A DNA stretch of 61,887 nt, from NCBI GenBank assembly GCA_038321825.1, contig JBBQFK010000002.1:1-61887 (forward strand). Direction: 5' to 3'. How positions within the stretch are numbered: position 1 is the first letter of the stretch; every line of letters begins with the position of its first letter. The position numbers and the translations under genes were made by a program. The notes beneath the pieces are model-generated. The model searched no databases. It saw only the letters and a program-made list of their open reading frames with translations, and had not been told where the DNA came from. The DNA comes from Cyanophyceae cyanobacterium (GTDB lineage: Bacteria > Cyanobacteriota > Cyanobacteriia > Cyanobacteriales > JAAUUE01). This document shows, piece by piece, positions 33,311 through 42,635 of the stretch.

Positions 33311-33360
33311 TCTAATTAAATCTAATTAAATCTAATCAAGTCTAATTTAGGGCTAATCAA
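33311..33360. repeat. Degenerate 10-bp tandem repeat x5 (TCTAATTAAA)
   Basis: Read directly, upstream of the RidA-family gene. Confidence 0.8.
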
Positions 33361-33365
33361 AATTT

Positions 33366-33755
33366 ATGTTGGAATACATTACTTTGCCAGAGGATATCTT
33401 ACCCACCGTTGCTCCTTATTCCCATGCAGTCAGGGCGGGAGATTTTTTGTTTGTAACTGGACAATTATCTGAGGATCCGGCTACAGGAAAAGTGGTGGTG
33501 GGGGCGATCGAAGAGCAAACCATTCGAGTTATGGAAAACCTAAAATTAGTCCTCGAACACGCTGGTACTAGTTTCCAAAGTGTGGTGATGGTGCGGATCT
33601 TCGTGACGGATTTTCGCTCTTTTGAAATTGTTAATAAAATCTATGCCAGTTACTTTGCCAGCGATCGACTCCCCAGCCGCACCACCGTCGGTGTTATGGG
33701 TTTAGCAGGGCTAGGAGATGTAGAAATTGACCTCATAGTCTACTGCGGTCAGTAG
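33366..33755 (+). CDS. RidA/YjgF family reactive-intermediate deaminase
   Basis: 129 aa. The APYSHAV..G.FLFVTGQ and PSRTTVGV blocks are typical of RidA. Confidence 0.9.
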   Translation: MLEYITLPEDILPTVAPYSHAVRAGDFLFVTGQLSEDPATGKVVVGAIEEQTIRVMENLKLVLEHAGTSFQSVVMVRIFVTDFRSFEIVNKIYASYFASDRLPSRTTVGVMGLAGLGDVEIDLIVYCGQ

Positions 33756-33759
33756 CTCT

Positions 33760-33833
33760 CATTGCTTACAAATTTCCTTGCTTACAAAGTGTTGCTTACA
33801 AATCATTGGTTACAAACCATTGCTTACAAATGG
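33760..33833. repeat. Five spaced copies of TTGCTTACAAA (period 14-16 bp)
   Basis: Read directly, between convergent genes. Confidence 0.8.
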
Positions 33834-33874
33834 GGAATATGCACCTGATCCAACTTTGTAGAATTGTTGACAGG

Positions 33875-34174
33875 TTAACTATTGCTAAACTCTTCGAGAA
33901 TATCCATCAAGTGCATTTGAGCTTGCATGGGCAACAGGTCGGCGAGGGGAATTTCGAGCTTGCCGCCCCCCAACTTCACCGGGATATTACGGAGAACGTG
34001 TAACACTTGGTCTTCTTGGAGATCGTCTGCAAGGAGAGGATAAAGCTGCTCTGCCAAAAAAGTATGCAGGTGAGCGTCCCGGAGATATAGATGCCACTTT
34101 GCCACATCCATGTACACATTGTCGCCGATCGCTGCTGCGAGTTGTTCTATTACTTCTGTGTTAGATTTTGTCAT
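33875..34174 (-). CDS. Conserved cyanobacterial hypothetical protein (DUF3181-like)
   Basis: 99 aa. It overlaps the upstream ORF by 4 nt (ATGA). The family call is from memory only. Confidence 0.65.
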   Translation of the reverse strand: MTKSNTEVIEQLAAAIGDNVYMDVAKWHLYLRDAHLHTFLAEQLYPLLADDLQEDQVLHVLRNIPVKLGGGKLEIPLADLLPMQAQMHLMDILEEFSNS

Positions 34175-34425
34175 GTTTTCTTACTATTGGGAGAATAATC
34201 AGCGATCGCAAAAATATAAGCCCCATGCAATACCAAGATTGCACCGGAAACAGCCGTCACCCACACCAACCAATCCCAACTAGTATGGTTTAGAGTATGG
34301 AAAAACCACAGACTAGAATTGACACAGGAAAAAGCAGCTACATGGGTAGCAAAGGTCATCCGGTCATCGAGACGGCGATATTCAGGGTCTTGGCGATCGG
34401 GAATACGAGACCAACGAGGAGGCAT
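34171..34425 (-). CDS. 2TM-domain membrane protein
   Basis: 84 aa with two hydrophobic helices, coupled to the downstream ORF by an ATGA overlap. Confidence 0.6.
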   Translation of the reverse strand: MPPRWSRIPDRQDPEYRRLDDRMTFATHVAAFSCVNSSLWFFHTLNHTSWDWLVWVTAVSGAILVLHGAYIFAIADYSPNSKKT

Positions 34426-34559
34426 AGTAGTTAAAGTTTAAGTGGGTAGAATCAATCTTGAATCAGCTAGATCTTAACCCAAATCCTTAACTAAAACCTT
34501 TCCTCAATGATTATTTGATGATTATTTAATAATTATTTTTGGAGATCACTTTTTTTGCC

Positions 34560-35627
34560 CTAGCTTAACCAACCCTTCAGCCGCCTTGCCACTTGGGGAC
34601 GACGTAACTTCCGCATCGCCTTACTTTGGATTTGCCGGACACGCTCCCGGGAGAGATTAAACATCAAACCCACCTGCTCTAGGGTATAGGGTTCATTGGA
34701 GGTCAAACCATAGCGCAGAGAAATCACATCTTTTTCCCGCTCTGTCAATACATCCCCCAAGACCTGCCAAATTTCTTGGCGCATCATAGCCTCGCCCATC
34801 TGTTCTTCTGGCAGTTGGTTTTGGTTATCCTCTAGGAGATCTACTAGTTCCGTGTCTTCGCCTTTACCGACTCGATGGTTGAGAGAGAGCGATCGCCTGC
34901 GGAGTTGCAATAGTTGCCGGAGATGGTTGGGGGAAACATCTAGTTCCTTGGCAAGTTCTTCTTCCTTGGGGTTGCGGCGGAGTTGTTGTTTTAGTTCCCG
35001 TTGGGCTTTCTTGAGCTTGTTGAGCTTTTCGACAATGTGGATGGGCAGACGGATTGTCCGGGCATCGTTGGCGATCGTTCTAGTGATGGCTTGACGAATC
35101 CACCAGTAGGCATAGGTAGAAAACTTATAGCCCTTATCTGGATCAAACTTTTCGGCGGCTCGGTTCAAGCCCAAGGCTCCCTCTTGGATTAAATCTAGGA
35201 AAGGTACACCCCGGTTGAGATAACGTTTGGCGATCGACACCACCAAGCGGAGATTGGAACGAATCATTTTCCGTTTGGCAACCCGTCCCCGGTAGAGGCG
35301 ATTTTCTAGCTGTCGCTCCGTAAACCCCAAAGATTCTGCCAATTCTGGTCTAGTAGGCTTGCGGTTGAGCTTTTGTTGCAAATCCGTCTGGACTTCATCT
35401 ACCATCACCAAAAACTGTACCCGTTTTGCCAATTCCACCTCTTCCTCTGGTTTTAGGAGAGGATAACGGGCCATTTCCTTAAAGAATGCGCCTACGGTGT
35501 CATCACCACTGGTTTTACGGTAGCCCGATAGCTGAGGGGCAGCCATATCATCCCCGGCTTGGGTAAAATATTCATCAACCGGGGCGAGGGGGTCAAGCTC
35601 TTCAAAATCATTATTCATATCAAACAT
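34560..35627 (-). CDS. RNA polymerase sigma factor, RpoD family (group 2-like)
   Basis: 355 aa with regions 1.2, 2 (YWWIRQAITR), 3 and 4 (LSRERVRQI) present. It is too short for the primary sigma factor SigA. Confidence 0.92.
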   Translation of the reverse strand: MFDMNNDFEELDPLAPVDEYFTQAGDDMAAPQLSGYRKTSGDDTVGAFFKEMARYPLLKPEEEVELAKRVQFLVMVDEVQTDLQQKLNRKPTRPELAESLGFTERQLENRLYRGRVAKRKMIRSNLRLVVSIAKRYLNRGVPFLDLIQEGALGLNRAAEKFDPDKGYKFSTYAYWWIRQAITRTIANDARTIRLPIHIVEKLNKLKKAQRELKQQLRRNPKEEELAKELDVSPNHLRQLLQLRRRSLSLNHRVGKGEDTELVDLLEDNQNQLPEEQMGEAMMRQEIWQVLGDVLTEREKDVISLRYGLTSNEPYTLEQVGLMFNLSRERVRQIQSKAMRKLRRPQVARRLKGWLS

Positions 35628-36220
35628 CCTAGTTAATTTCTGCGGTTATGGTCTAGAGAGAGTCTTTTCCTTGGCTCTTTTGACTTTTAGTATTTATTTA
35701 ACTGGTGTGGACGAAAATCCAAGATTAGATAGGTTGCTAGTGGGTGTGACCCCCAAGGCTGACTGCTTTGATCAGATGTTATAGTAACGGGAATTCCAGT
35801 GGCAACTTTATCAAACTGTTGTTTTTACCTAATCCCTATCTAGAAAATATGCTACAGGACACTACACATCTAAGATACCAGAAAACTGTGGCACAAATGT
35901 TGTTCTGGTAACAAAACGTTATTACCAAACCCTTACTAGTGTCGAGATATTACCGAATTTTGACGAAAAGATCACCGACCTGACTCCTCTTTTTCCGCCC
36001 CAAATTGTCTCCAAATCAGGCAGACAGCCCCCTGCCAACTCTACAAAAAGATTTACGGAATTTTACGGAGGCTTCTAAGAAGTTTTTCTAAGTTAAGATA
36101 GATAAGAATTAATTTTATGGGCAATTTTATGGGTAATTTTGTGGACTAGGCAGGATGTTTTTCTGATTACGAACAACAGATCGCCCGTCACCAATGACCT
36201 GCCTAACTATCTAACTACCC

Positions 36221-38869
36221 ATGCTTGATCATAATTCTGGGTTAACCTTGGCAACGCCTTCTACTCCCTACTTTCCCGATCGCTCCCCCCTTGATCCGGT
36301 GGATCCTGTTGAGCTGGTTAATCATCTTGACCATCTTCCAGAGTTTTCTCCAGAATCAGCAACCCAATGGGTAGAAGTTCTTGTAGACTGCCCCGGACAG
36401 CAAGGCTTATACACTTACAAAGTTGCCGCAGATTTGGGAGTGCAACCGGGAGATATTTTGAGTGTTCCCTTTGGCAGTAGACAATTAGGAGCGATCGCCA
36501 TCCGCCTATTATCTTTTCCTACCTCTGAGTTAGCCCCAGAGAAGATCAAACCCGTAGAAGAGATTATTTGCCGAAATTATTTCCCGCCTCACTACTGGGA
36601 ACTCCTCGATCGAGTGGCTCACTATTACCAAACTTCTCTGTTGCAGGTGATGAATGTGGCCCTACCACCGGGGTTACTCAGCCAGAGCCAGCGCCGGATT
36701 CGCCTCAAGGGGAAAATTCCTGCCCAAGGGGATCTATTTCTCAGTGCCAGTGCTAAGGAAATCTTCAAACTCCTCCGGCAGCAAGAAACCAGTGGCTACA
36801 GTTGGCGGCATCTGCAAAAACAGGTGAAATTGGCAAGTCGGGGTTTGCGGGAACTAACCAAACTAGATTGGGTAGAAAGCTATTTAGAACCTCCCAAGCC
36901 GCCCCGTCCTCAGCTAAAAAAGGCAGTGACTCTGACTAGTGAAACAAATGTAGAACTTCCGAAGTTGACGACTAAGCAGCAGGAAGTATTAGATATTCTG
37001 CGCCGCTACGGGGGGGAGTTGTGGCTGCCGGAGCTATTACAAATTTCTACTGTCGGTAGTAGCGTAGTGGAGTTGTTGGCAAAGAAGGGCTTAGTGACGA
37101 TCGAACCCAGAGAGGTATTACGCAAGGGAAATACAGGGGTACGGCATCCAGACCTGCCCAAGGAATTGACCCCGGATCAGGCGATCGCCCTAGAGCAAAT
37201 TAATCAACTCTCTGGGTTTACCCAAGTTTTACTCCACGGGGTCACGGGTTCGGGAAAAACGGAAGTCTATCTGCAAGCGATCGCCCCCATCCTTGCTCAG
37301 GGAAAATCCGCCCTTGTCCTTGTCCCAGAAATTGGTCTGACTCCCCAACTCACCAGTAGATTTCAAGACCGTTTTGGGCAGCGAGTTTTTGTCTATCACA
37401 GTGCCTTGTCTGATGGGGAACGCTACGATACTTGGCGGCAGATGCTCACGGGGGAACCACAGGTAATTATCGGCACTCGATCGGCGGTGTTTGCGCCCCT
37501 GCCCCAGTTGGGGATGATTATTTTGGATGAAGAACACGATGCTAGTTTTAAGCAAAGTCAGCCCGCTCCCTGTTACCATGCCCGGACGGTGGCCCGATGG
37601 CGATCGCAACTAGCCAATTGCCCACTCCTCCTCGGCTCCGCTACCCCAGACCTCGAAACGTGGGTACAGGCTCAAAATTCTCGTGAATCTTGTGAATCTA
37701 GGGAATCTATGCAGTCTGGTGAATCTAGTAAATCTGGTGAATCTGGTGAATCTGACCAATTTATCTACCTTGCCCTGCCAGAGAGAATTAATGCCCGTCC
37801 CCTGCCCCAGATTGAAATTATTGATATGCGTTTGGAGTTTCAGGCAGGAAATAAATCTATATTTAGCTTGGCCTTGCAGGAGGCGATCGCCCAAATGCAG
37901 AAAAGTGGACAGCAGGGGATTTTATTTGTACCCCGCCGGGGTTACAGTACCTTTGTTTCCTGTCGCAGTTGCGGTTATGTCATGGAATGTCCCCACTGCG
38001 ATGTGTCTCTTTCCTACCACCATGTTAAAAATGCGAAGATTGAAACTAAACCAGTCCTCCAGTGTCACTACTGCAACCACCAACGCCCCCAACCAACCCA
38101 ATGCCCAGAGTGCGGCTCTCCTTACTTCAAATTTTTTGGCAGTGGCACCCAACGAGTTACCCAAGAACTGGAGGAGTTATGCCCCGGTTTGAGAATCATG
38201 CGTTTTGATAGCGATACTACCCGCACCAAAGATGCTCACCGGATTTTGCTCGATCGCTTTGCCCAAGGAGAAGCCGATCTGCTAGTGGGAACCCAAATGC
38301 TCACCAAAGGTATAGATTTAGCCCAAGTTACCCTGGTGGGTGTAGTTGCCGCCGATGGTTTACTCCACCGTGCCGATTATCGAGCCACAGAGCGGACTTT
38401 CCAGACCCTAACTCAGGTAGCAGGCAGAGCCGGACGGGGAGATTTACCGGGGCGAGTCCTGATTCAGACCTATTCCCCCGATCACACCGCAGTGATGGCA
38501 GTACAACGGCAGGATTATCCCAGTTTTGCAGCCACAGCCTTGAAAGAGCGAATTGATCTAGGCTATCCTCCCTACGGAAAATTGGTCCTACTTCGTTTTG
38601 CTGGTCAACCGGGAGAAGCAGTACAAGCAGCGGCGGAGGTGATCGCAGATTACCTAGAAGATTTACCCGATCGAACCTTCAATTTATTAGGTCCCGCTCC
38701 AGCCACAATCTTGCGGGTTGCCGATCGATTCCATTGGCAAATTCTCCTCAAGTTCCCTCCCCAAGCTACCCCAGTGTTACCATCCCTAGAGGAACTCCGC
38801 AGCTTAGTTAATGGTATAAGTTCTGGTGTTAGCTTAACGATCGATGTAGATGCCCTAAATTTGGGTTAG
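36221..38869 (+). CDS. priA: Primosomal protein N' (replication restart helicase)
   Basis: 882 aa with Walker A GVTGSGKT, DEEHD, a Cys-rich Zn region (CRSCG...CPHCD...CHYC...CPECG) and a C-terminal domain. It contains a 24-aa Ser/Glu repeat insert. Confidence 0.93.
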   Translation: MLDHNSGLTLATPSTPYFPDRSPLDPVDPVELVNHLDHLPEFSPESATQWVEVLVDCPGQQGLYTYKVAADLGVQPGDILSVPFGSRQLGAIAIRLLSFPTSELAPEKIKPVEEIICRNYFPPHYWELLDRVAHYYQTSLLQVMNVALPPGLLSQSQRRIRLKGKIPAQGDLFLSASAKEIFKLLRQQETSGYSWRHLQKQVKLASRGLRELTKLDWVESYLEPPKPPRPQLKKAVTLTSETNVELPKLTTKQQEVLDILRRYGGELWLPELLQISTVGSSVVELLAKKGLVTIEPREVLRKGNTGVRHPDLPKELTPDQAIALEQINQLSGFTQVLLHGVTGSGKTEVYLQAIAPILAQGKSALVLVPEIGLTPQLTSRFQDRFGQRVFVYHSALSDGERYDTWRQMLTGEPQVIIGTRSAVFAPLPQLGMIILDEEHDASFKQSQPAPCYHARTVARWRSQLANCPLLLGSATPDLETWVQAQNSRESCESRESMQSGESSKSGESGESDQFIYLALPERINARPLPQIEIIDMRLEFQAGNKSIFSLALQEAIAQMQKSGQQGILFVPRRGYSTFVSCRSCGYVMECPHCDVSLSYHHVKNAKIETKPVLQCHYCNHQRPQPTQCPECGSPYFKFFGSGTQRVTQELEELCPGLRIMRFDSDTTRTKDAHRILLDRFAQGEADLLVGTQMLTKGIDLAQVTLVGVVAADGLLHRADYRATERTFQTLTQVAGRAGRGDLPGRVLIQTYSPDHTAVMAVQRQDYPSFAATALKERIDLGYPPYGKLVLLRFAGQPGEAVQAAAEVIADYLEDLPDRTFNLLGPAPATILRVADRFHWQILLKFPPQATPVLPSLEELRSLVNGISSGVSLTIDVDALNLG

Positions 38870-39163
38870 AATCAGCAAACTAATCCTATGAGTTTAAGAT
38901 CAACTCAACCCTCACCCTAATTAGCTCATTAACAGCCTATATATCTTTTAATCTACATATTTTACTATAAATTAATGGTAGGATATAATAAATCTTACCA
39001 GATCAAGAAATAAGACCCATGCCTAATTGTCAACAGGTGTTCAAGATTAAATTAAAAGTCTTTTATCACCCAAAAATCCTCAATATATCAATACTGGCCG
39101 CTCCGGTGATTAGTTTTTGTAGATATTTTTATAGATATAATTGCGCTGTTCACGGAGGGCTAG

Positions 39164-39544
39164 ATGGGAACTAGGACTGTGTTGGTGATTGATGATGAAG
39201 ATGATATTCGAGAAGTGGCTCAACTGTGCCTAGAGGCTGTGGGGGGATGGCAAGTAGTCACCGCTGCCTCTGGGCAGGAAGGCTTACTCAAGGCTGCCGC
39301 CGTTTCCCCCGATGCGATTCTCCTTGATGTGATGATGCCAAACCTAGACGGGCCCACCACCTTTGCTCACCTCCAAGCTGACCCCGCTACTAGGGATATT
39401 CCAGTAATTCTCTTGACTGCCAAGGTGCAAGCCTCAGAACAACGCAAATTTGCAGCCTTGGGGGTAAAGGCAGTGTTAGCAAAACCCTTTGATCCTCTAA
39501 CTCTAGCTGCACAGGTGGCAGAAGTTCTAGAGTGGCAAGATTAA
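39164..39544 (+). CDS. Single-domain response regulator (CheY-like)
   Basis: 126 aa with VLVIDDEDD...LLDVMMPNLDG...LTAK. Confidence 0.9.
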   Translation: MGTRTVLVIDDEDDIREVAQLCLEAVGGWQVVTAASGQEGLLKAAAVSPDAILLDVMMPNLDGPTTFAHLQADPATRDIPVILLTAKVQASEQRKFAALGVKAVLAKPFDPLTLAAQVAEVLEWQD

Positions 39545-39591
39545 TCGCAACTTTAACAAGGGAAATCAGTGTCATAACTTGGAAATAAATC

Positions 39592-40068
39592 ATGAAATAC
39601 CTGCTAGGCTTTGATCCCGGACGAGATAAGTGTGGGGTGGCGGTGGTAGAAAAGGTGGTAGAAAAGGTGACAGATACCCCAGCGATCGATCTCCTAGGGC
39701 AGGGAGTTGAAGATCGGGGAAATAGTAAAAGTTGCGTCGATCGAGTGTGTCTCCACCAAATTTTGCCATCGACGGCAGCGATCTCAGGTTTACAAGATTT
39801 GTGTCGGCAGTTTGACTTTGAAATTTTGGTGATGGGGGATGGGACTACCGCTAAGGAGTGGCAGGAAAAGTTTCGCCAGAGTTTGGCTATTCCAGTAGTT
39901 TTAGTAAATGAACGCAATAGTACCCTAGAGGCGCGCGATCGATACTGGCAGATGTTTCCGCCCCAAGGCTTCCAAAAAATTATCCCCCAAAGTTTACGGC
40001 GCATCGATCGCCCGATCGACGATATTGTGGCAATCCTGCTCGTGGAGCGCTTTCTAGCAACTCAGTAA
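39592..40068 (+). CDS. ruvX: YqgF/RuvX-like putative Holliday junction resolvase / pre-16S rRNA nuclease
   Basis: 158 aa with LLGFDPGRDKCGVAVV, ERNSTLEAR and IDDIVAILLVERFL resembling YqgF blocks. Confidence 0.65.
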   Translation: MKYLLGFDPGRDKCGVAVVEKVVEKVTDTPAIDLLGQGVEDRGNSKSCVDRVCLHQILPSTAAISGLQDLCRQFDFEILVMGDGTTAKEWQEKFRQSLAIPVVLVNERNSTLEARDRYWQMFPPQGFQKIIPQSLRRIDRPIDDIVAILLVERFLATQ

Positions 40069-40171
40069 TTACTCGGTAGTCAGTGCCAAGCCAGTAATAA
40101 CCCGTTTACGTTATGGTGAAAAGGCAGATAAAATTTGATAAAGAATTCAACACCACAAAAAGAATTATATT

Positions 40172-41350
40172 TTGTCCGACACAAACACAACTCAGCCTCG
40201 CCTCTTATCCTTCACCCTCGATGATTGGGATGTCCTCGGTGGTCAAGTTTCTGTGTCTTTGCAAAATGGAGTTGTAGTATTAGTTGGTCGAAATGGGGCT
40301 GGTAAATCAGCTATCCTTGAAGGCTTTAAAGCTATTTCATCCATTGCCACTGGTGAGATAATTGAAAGAAGTAGACCCAAAATATTAAAGATCGAAATCT
40401 CAACTCCACTTGATCGTCGGCTTGAATATACATATAAGTTTATTCCTGTAGATATATCTACTAATGAAACTAAAGTTAAGTCTTCGCCGACGTGGGATGA
40501 TCACTGCGAATATCTGGATGGAGAAAAAGAACTTTTGTGGACTACTAAGCATGGAGTAACAGAATTTGAGAAGATAGGAAGCCCAATTATTACTATTCTT
40601 GGGAATACTAGCTCTCTCCAAACAACACTTCCAGAAAATTCACCAATACAGCTTCCTATTGAAATGCAATGGATTCGTGCTGTCTTAAATGGAGTTCATC
40701 TTCTTGGGAAACTTCCCGTCCGTACAACATCAGAACGTCGAGTAGTAATCCTGACTATATCCAATAAATTTAGTTGTTCTGATTCTGATTTCGATTTAAT
40801 AAATCATGTGCCTTCTAAGATACTCCATCTTATGAAGACAGGTGAACTTCATGAACTTGAAAGTGTTTGTCAGCGAGTTGGGATTGGTAATAAAATAGCT
40901 ACGAAAAAACTTTCTCTAACTCCAAATGAGATATTTAGAGGATTTACGGAAGAAACAGACTATTTTTTAGTAATGTTAGATGGGGTAAATATTGGGTTGC
41001 TCTCTGATGGGACACTTCGGATTTTATCAATTCTTGTAGAGTTAATTAACCTAAATCCTAGTACAACAATAATAATTGAAGAACCGGAAACCCAAATTCA
41101 TCCGGGTATGCTGGCAAGATTACTTAATGAAATTGAAGCATATACCTTTGGGAGAAATTTAATTCTCTCGACTCATTCACCACAGGTAGTAGCTTGGACT
41201 AGCCCAGAGAATATTAATCTAGTTCACCGCAAAGATGGGCAGACATTTGTTCGGAAACTAGATGAAGATGAAATACACAATGTTATCGAATATATTTCCG
41301 ATGAAGGTGATTTAGGCGAATGGATTTATAGTGGTATTCTTGATGACTAA
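40172..41350 (+). CDS. ABC-type (AAA_15/AAA_21-like) ATPase, first gene of a two-gene cassette
   Basis: 392 aa with a TTG start. It has Walker A GRNGAGKS (39-46), signature-like LSDGT (277-281), Walker B TTIIIEE (298-304) and H-loop STH (333-335). The gene is AT-rich and free of CGATCG. Confidence 0.85.
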   Translation: MSDTNTTQPRLLSFTLDDWDVLGGQVSVSLQNGVVVLVGRNGAGKSAILEGFKAISSIATGEIIERSRPKILKIEISTPLDRRLEYTYKFIPVDISTNETKVKSSPTWDDHCEYLDGEKELLWTTKHGVTEFEKIGSPIITILGNTSSLQTTLPENSPIQLPIEMQWIRAVLNGVHLLGKLPVRTTSERRVVILTISNKFSCSDSDFDLINHVPSKILHLMKTGELHELESVCQRVGIGNKIATKKLSLTPNEIFRGFTEETDYFLVMLDGVNIGLLSDGTLRILSILVELINLNPSTTIIIEEPETQIHPGMLARLLNEIEAYTFGRNLILSTHSPQVVAWTSPENINLVHRKDGQTFVRKLDEDEIHNVIEYISDEGDLGEWIYSGILDD

Positions 41351-41939
41351 TTTTAGAATTGCCTTGATTGCTGAAGATGATACAGACTGCGATGCTATGC
41401 GGATAATTATCCATCGTGTACTAGGTAAAGATATAAGCACAAAAAAGTGGGCATCCAAGGGTTGTGGCAAATTAAGAAGAAAGTTACCAGCAAAAATCAA
41501 AGAACTTTCTAGGGAAGGTTGCAATGCTTTTGTTATTCTGCACGATTTGGATCGTAACCCTCAAAATGGATCTCTTAATAATGAACTAGAACTCAGAAAA
41601 AAATTAGAGGAATCAATCTCAAGTTTCCAAGGTATTCATAAGCATATTTGTATCCCTATTGAGGAGTTAGAGGCTTGGTTCTGGTCTGACCCAGAGGTGG
41701 TAAAGCATATTGGGCGAGGTAAAGGACAAGCAAAAGCAAATCCTCACACTATTCCCAAACCAAAAGAAGCATTACTAAAACTTTCAATTGGCGAAAATAG
41801 GCAGCCCCGTTACAGTACCAACATGAATGCTGAATTGGCTGATATGTTGAATCTAAAGATTTGTGCCGATCGCTGCCCTGCTTTTAAGGGCTTAATCGAA
41901 TTTCTTAAACCTGATTCAGTTAAAAAAACTAAAAAATAA
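41343..41939 (+). CDS. TOPRIM-like small protein (DUF4276-like), second gene of the cassette
   Basis: 198 aa from the ATG at 41343, overlapping the ATPase stop in ATGACTAA. It has an N-terminal IALIAEDDTD acidic cluster and HDLD (67-70), consistent with TOPRIM Glu and DxD. The ORF-track start at 41331 (GTG) is an alternative. Confidence 0.75.
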   Translation: MTNFRIALIAEDDTDCDAMRIIIHRVLGKDISTKKWASKGCGKLRRKLPAKIKELSREGCNAFVILHDLDRNPQNGSLNNELELRKKLEESISSFQGIHKHICIPIEELEAWFWSDPEVVKHIGRGKGQAKANPHTIPKPKEALLKLSIGENRQPRYSTNMNAELADMLNLKICADRCPAFKGLIEFLKPDSVKKTKK

Positions 41940-42062
41940 TCTCGGAATAGTTGCGGCATCCTATGGCACTTTTAGAAATTCTCGCCGTCCTAGGAAGGTA
42001 AATCTCATAAGTTTTGAGAATTTTCTGATACACTTTAAACCAAAATTAACTTTTACTGAAAA

Positions 42063-42599
42063 ATGTTTCTATCTATAAAAAAGCCCCTCCACATTTTATT
42101 GTCTGCGACTTTGGTAGCTGGTAGCTTGCTCACGGGTGGTTTGACCGCATTTGCTCAAAATACTCCCGGATTTACCATTTTTAGTGGGGTGCGGGGTGAA
42201 AATGAACTGAGATATTTCCTCGATTTTGGTGGTCGTCCTTTTCAGTTTGAGCGCTATCGCCTGCGGATTCCCTCTAGCAAAATGGAAACTGGCGTATCCG
42301 AGTTTATTGTTGCCTACCCAGATTACTTTGATGGCATTATCGATCCGGGGGCGATCGAGCTATCAGTCCGGGGAAGAAATGTTCCTGTCGATGCAGTATT
42401 AGACACAGAAGCCCGACGGATTCAAATTGTCCCTAGGGAAGTAGTTGTTTCTGGTAGCCCTGTGGAAATTGTCCTCAGTAATGTCAAAAATCCCCAGTAT
42501 GGCGGTACTTACTATTTTGAAGCCTTTGCCAATGCTCCCGGAGATATTCCCCTATCTCGCTATCTAGGGACTTGGATTATCACGATCGGCGGCAATTAG
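42063..42599 (+). CDS. DUF2808 domain protein (secreted)
   Basis: 178 aa with a signal peptide. LRYFLDFGGRP.QFERYRLRIP...FIVAYPDYFDG is typical of the cyanobacterial DUF2808 family. Confidence 0.75.
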   Translation: MFLSIKKPLHILLSATLVAGSLLTGGLTAFAQNTPGFTIFSGVRGENELRYFLDFGGRPFQFERYRLRIPSSKMETGVSEFIVAYPDYFDGIIDPGAIELSVRGRNVPVDAVLDTEARRIQIVPREVVVSGSPVEIVLSNVKNPQYGGTYYFEAFANAPGDIPLSRYLGTWIITIGGN

Positions 42600-42635
42600 T
42601 CTCTAGAATTAAGTCTCTGGAATTAAGTCTCTGGG

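Noticed and set aside
33806-34003. 65-aa plus-strand ORF.
   Set aside because: It overlaps the better-supported minus-strand gene 33875-34174 and starts inside the TTGCTTACAAA repeat tract.
35907-35926. 20-bp imperfect palindrome GGTAACAAAACGTTATTACC upstream of the sigma-factor gene, considered as an NtcA-type (GTA-N8-TAC) site.
   Set aside because: The spacing between GTA and TAC is 12 nt rather than 8 nt. Only the outer 5-7 bp are symmetric, and I cannot locate a correctly positioned -10 box, so a call is not justified.
37610-38192. ORFs 37610-37894 (minus) and 37683-38192 (plus, alternative frame) with striking RFTRFTRFTR and NLVNLVNLVN repeats.
   Set aside because: Both are by-products of the 9-bp tandem array inside priA read in other frames. 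The priA frame carries the conserved helicase and Zn-finger motifs.
39390-40004. 204-aa minus-strand ORF spanning the response regulator 3' end and the ruvX-like gene.
   Set aside because: It is antisense to two ORFs with clear domain signatures. Its product is Arg/Ser/Pro-rich with no motifs.
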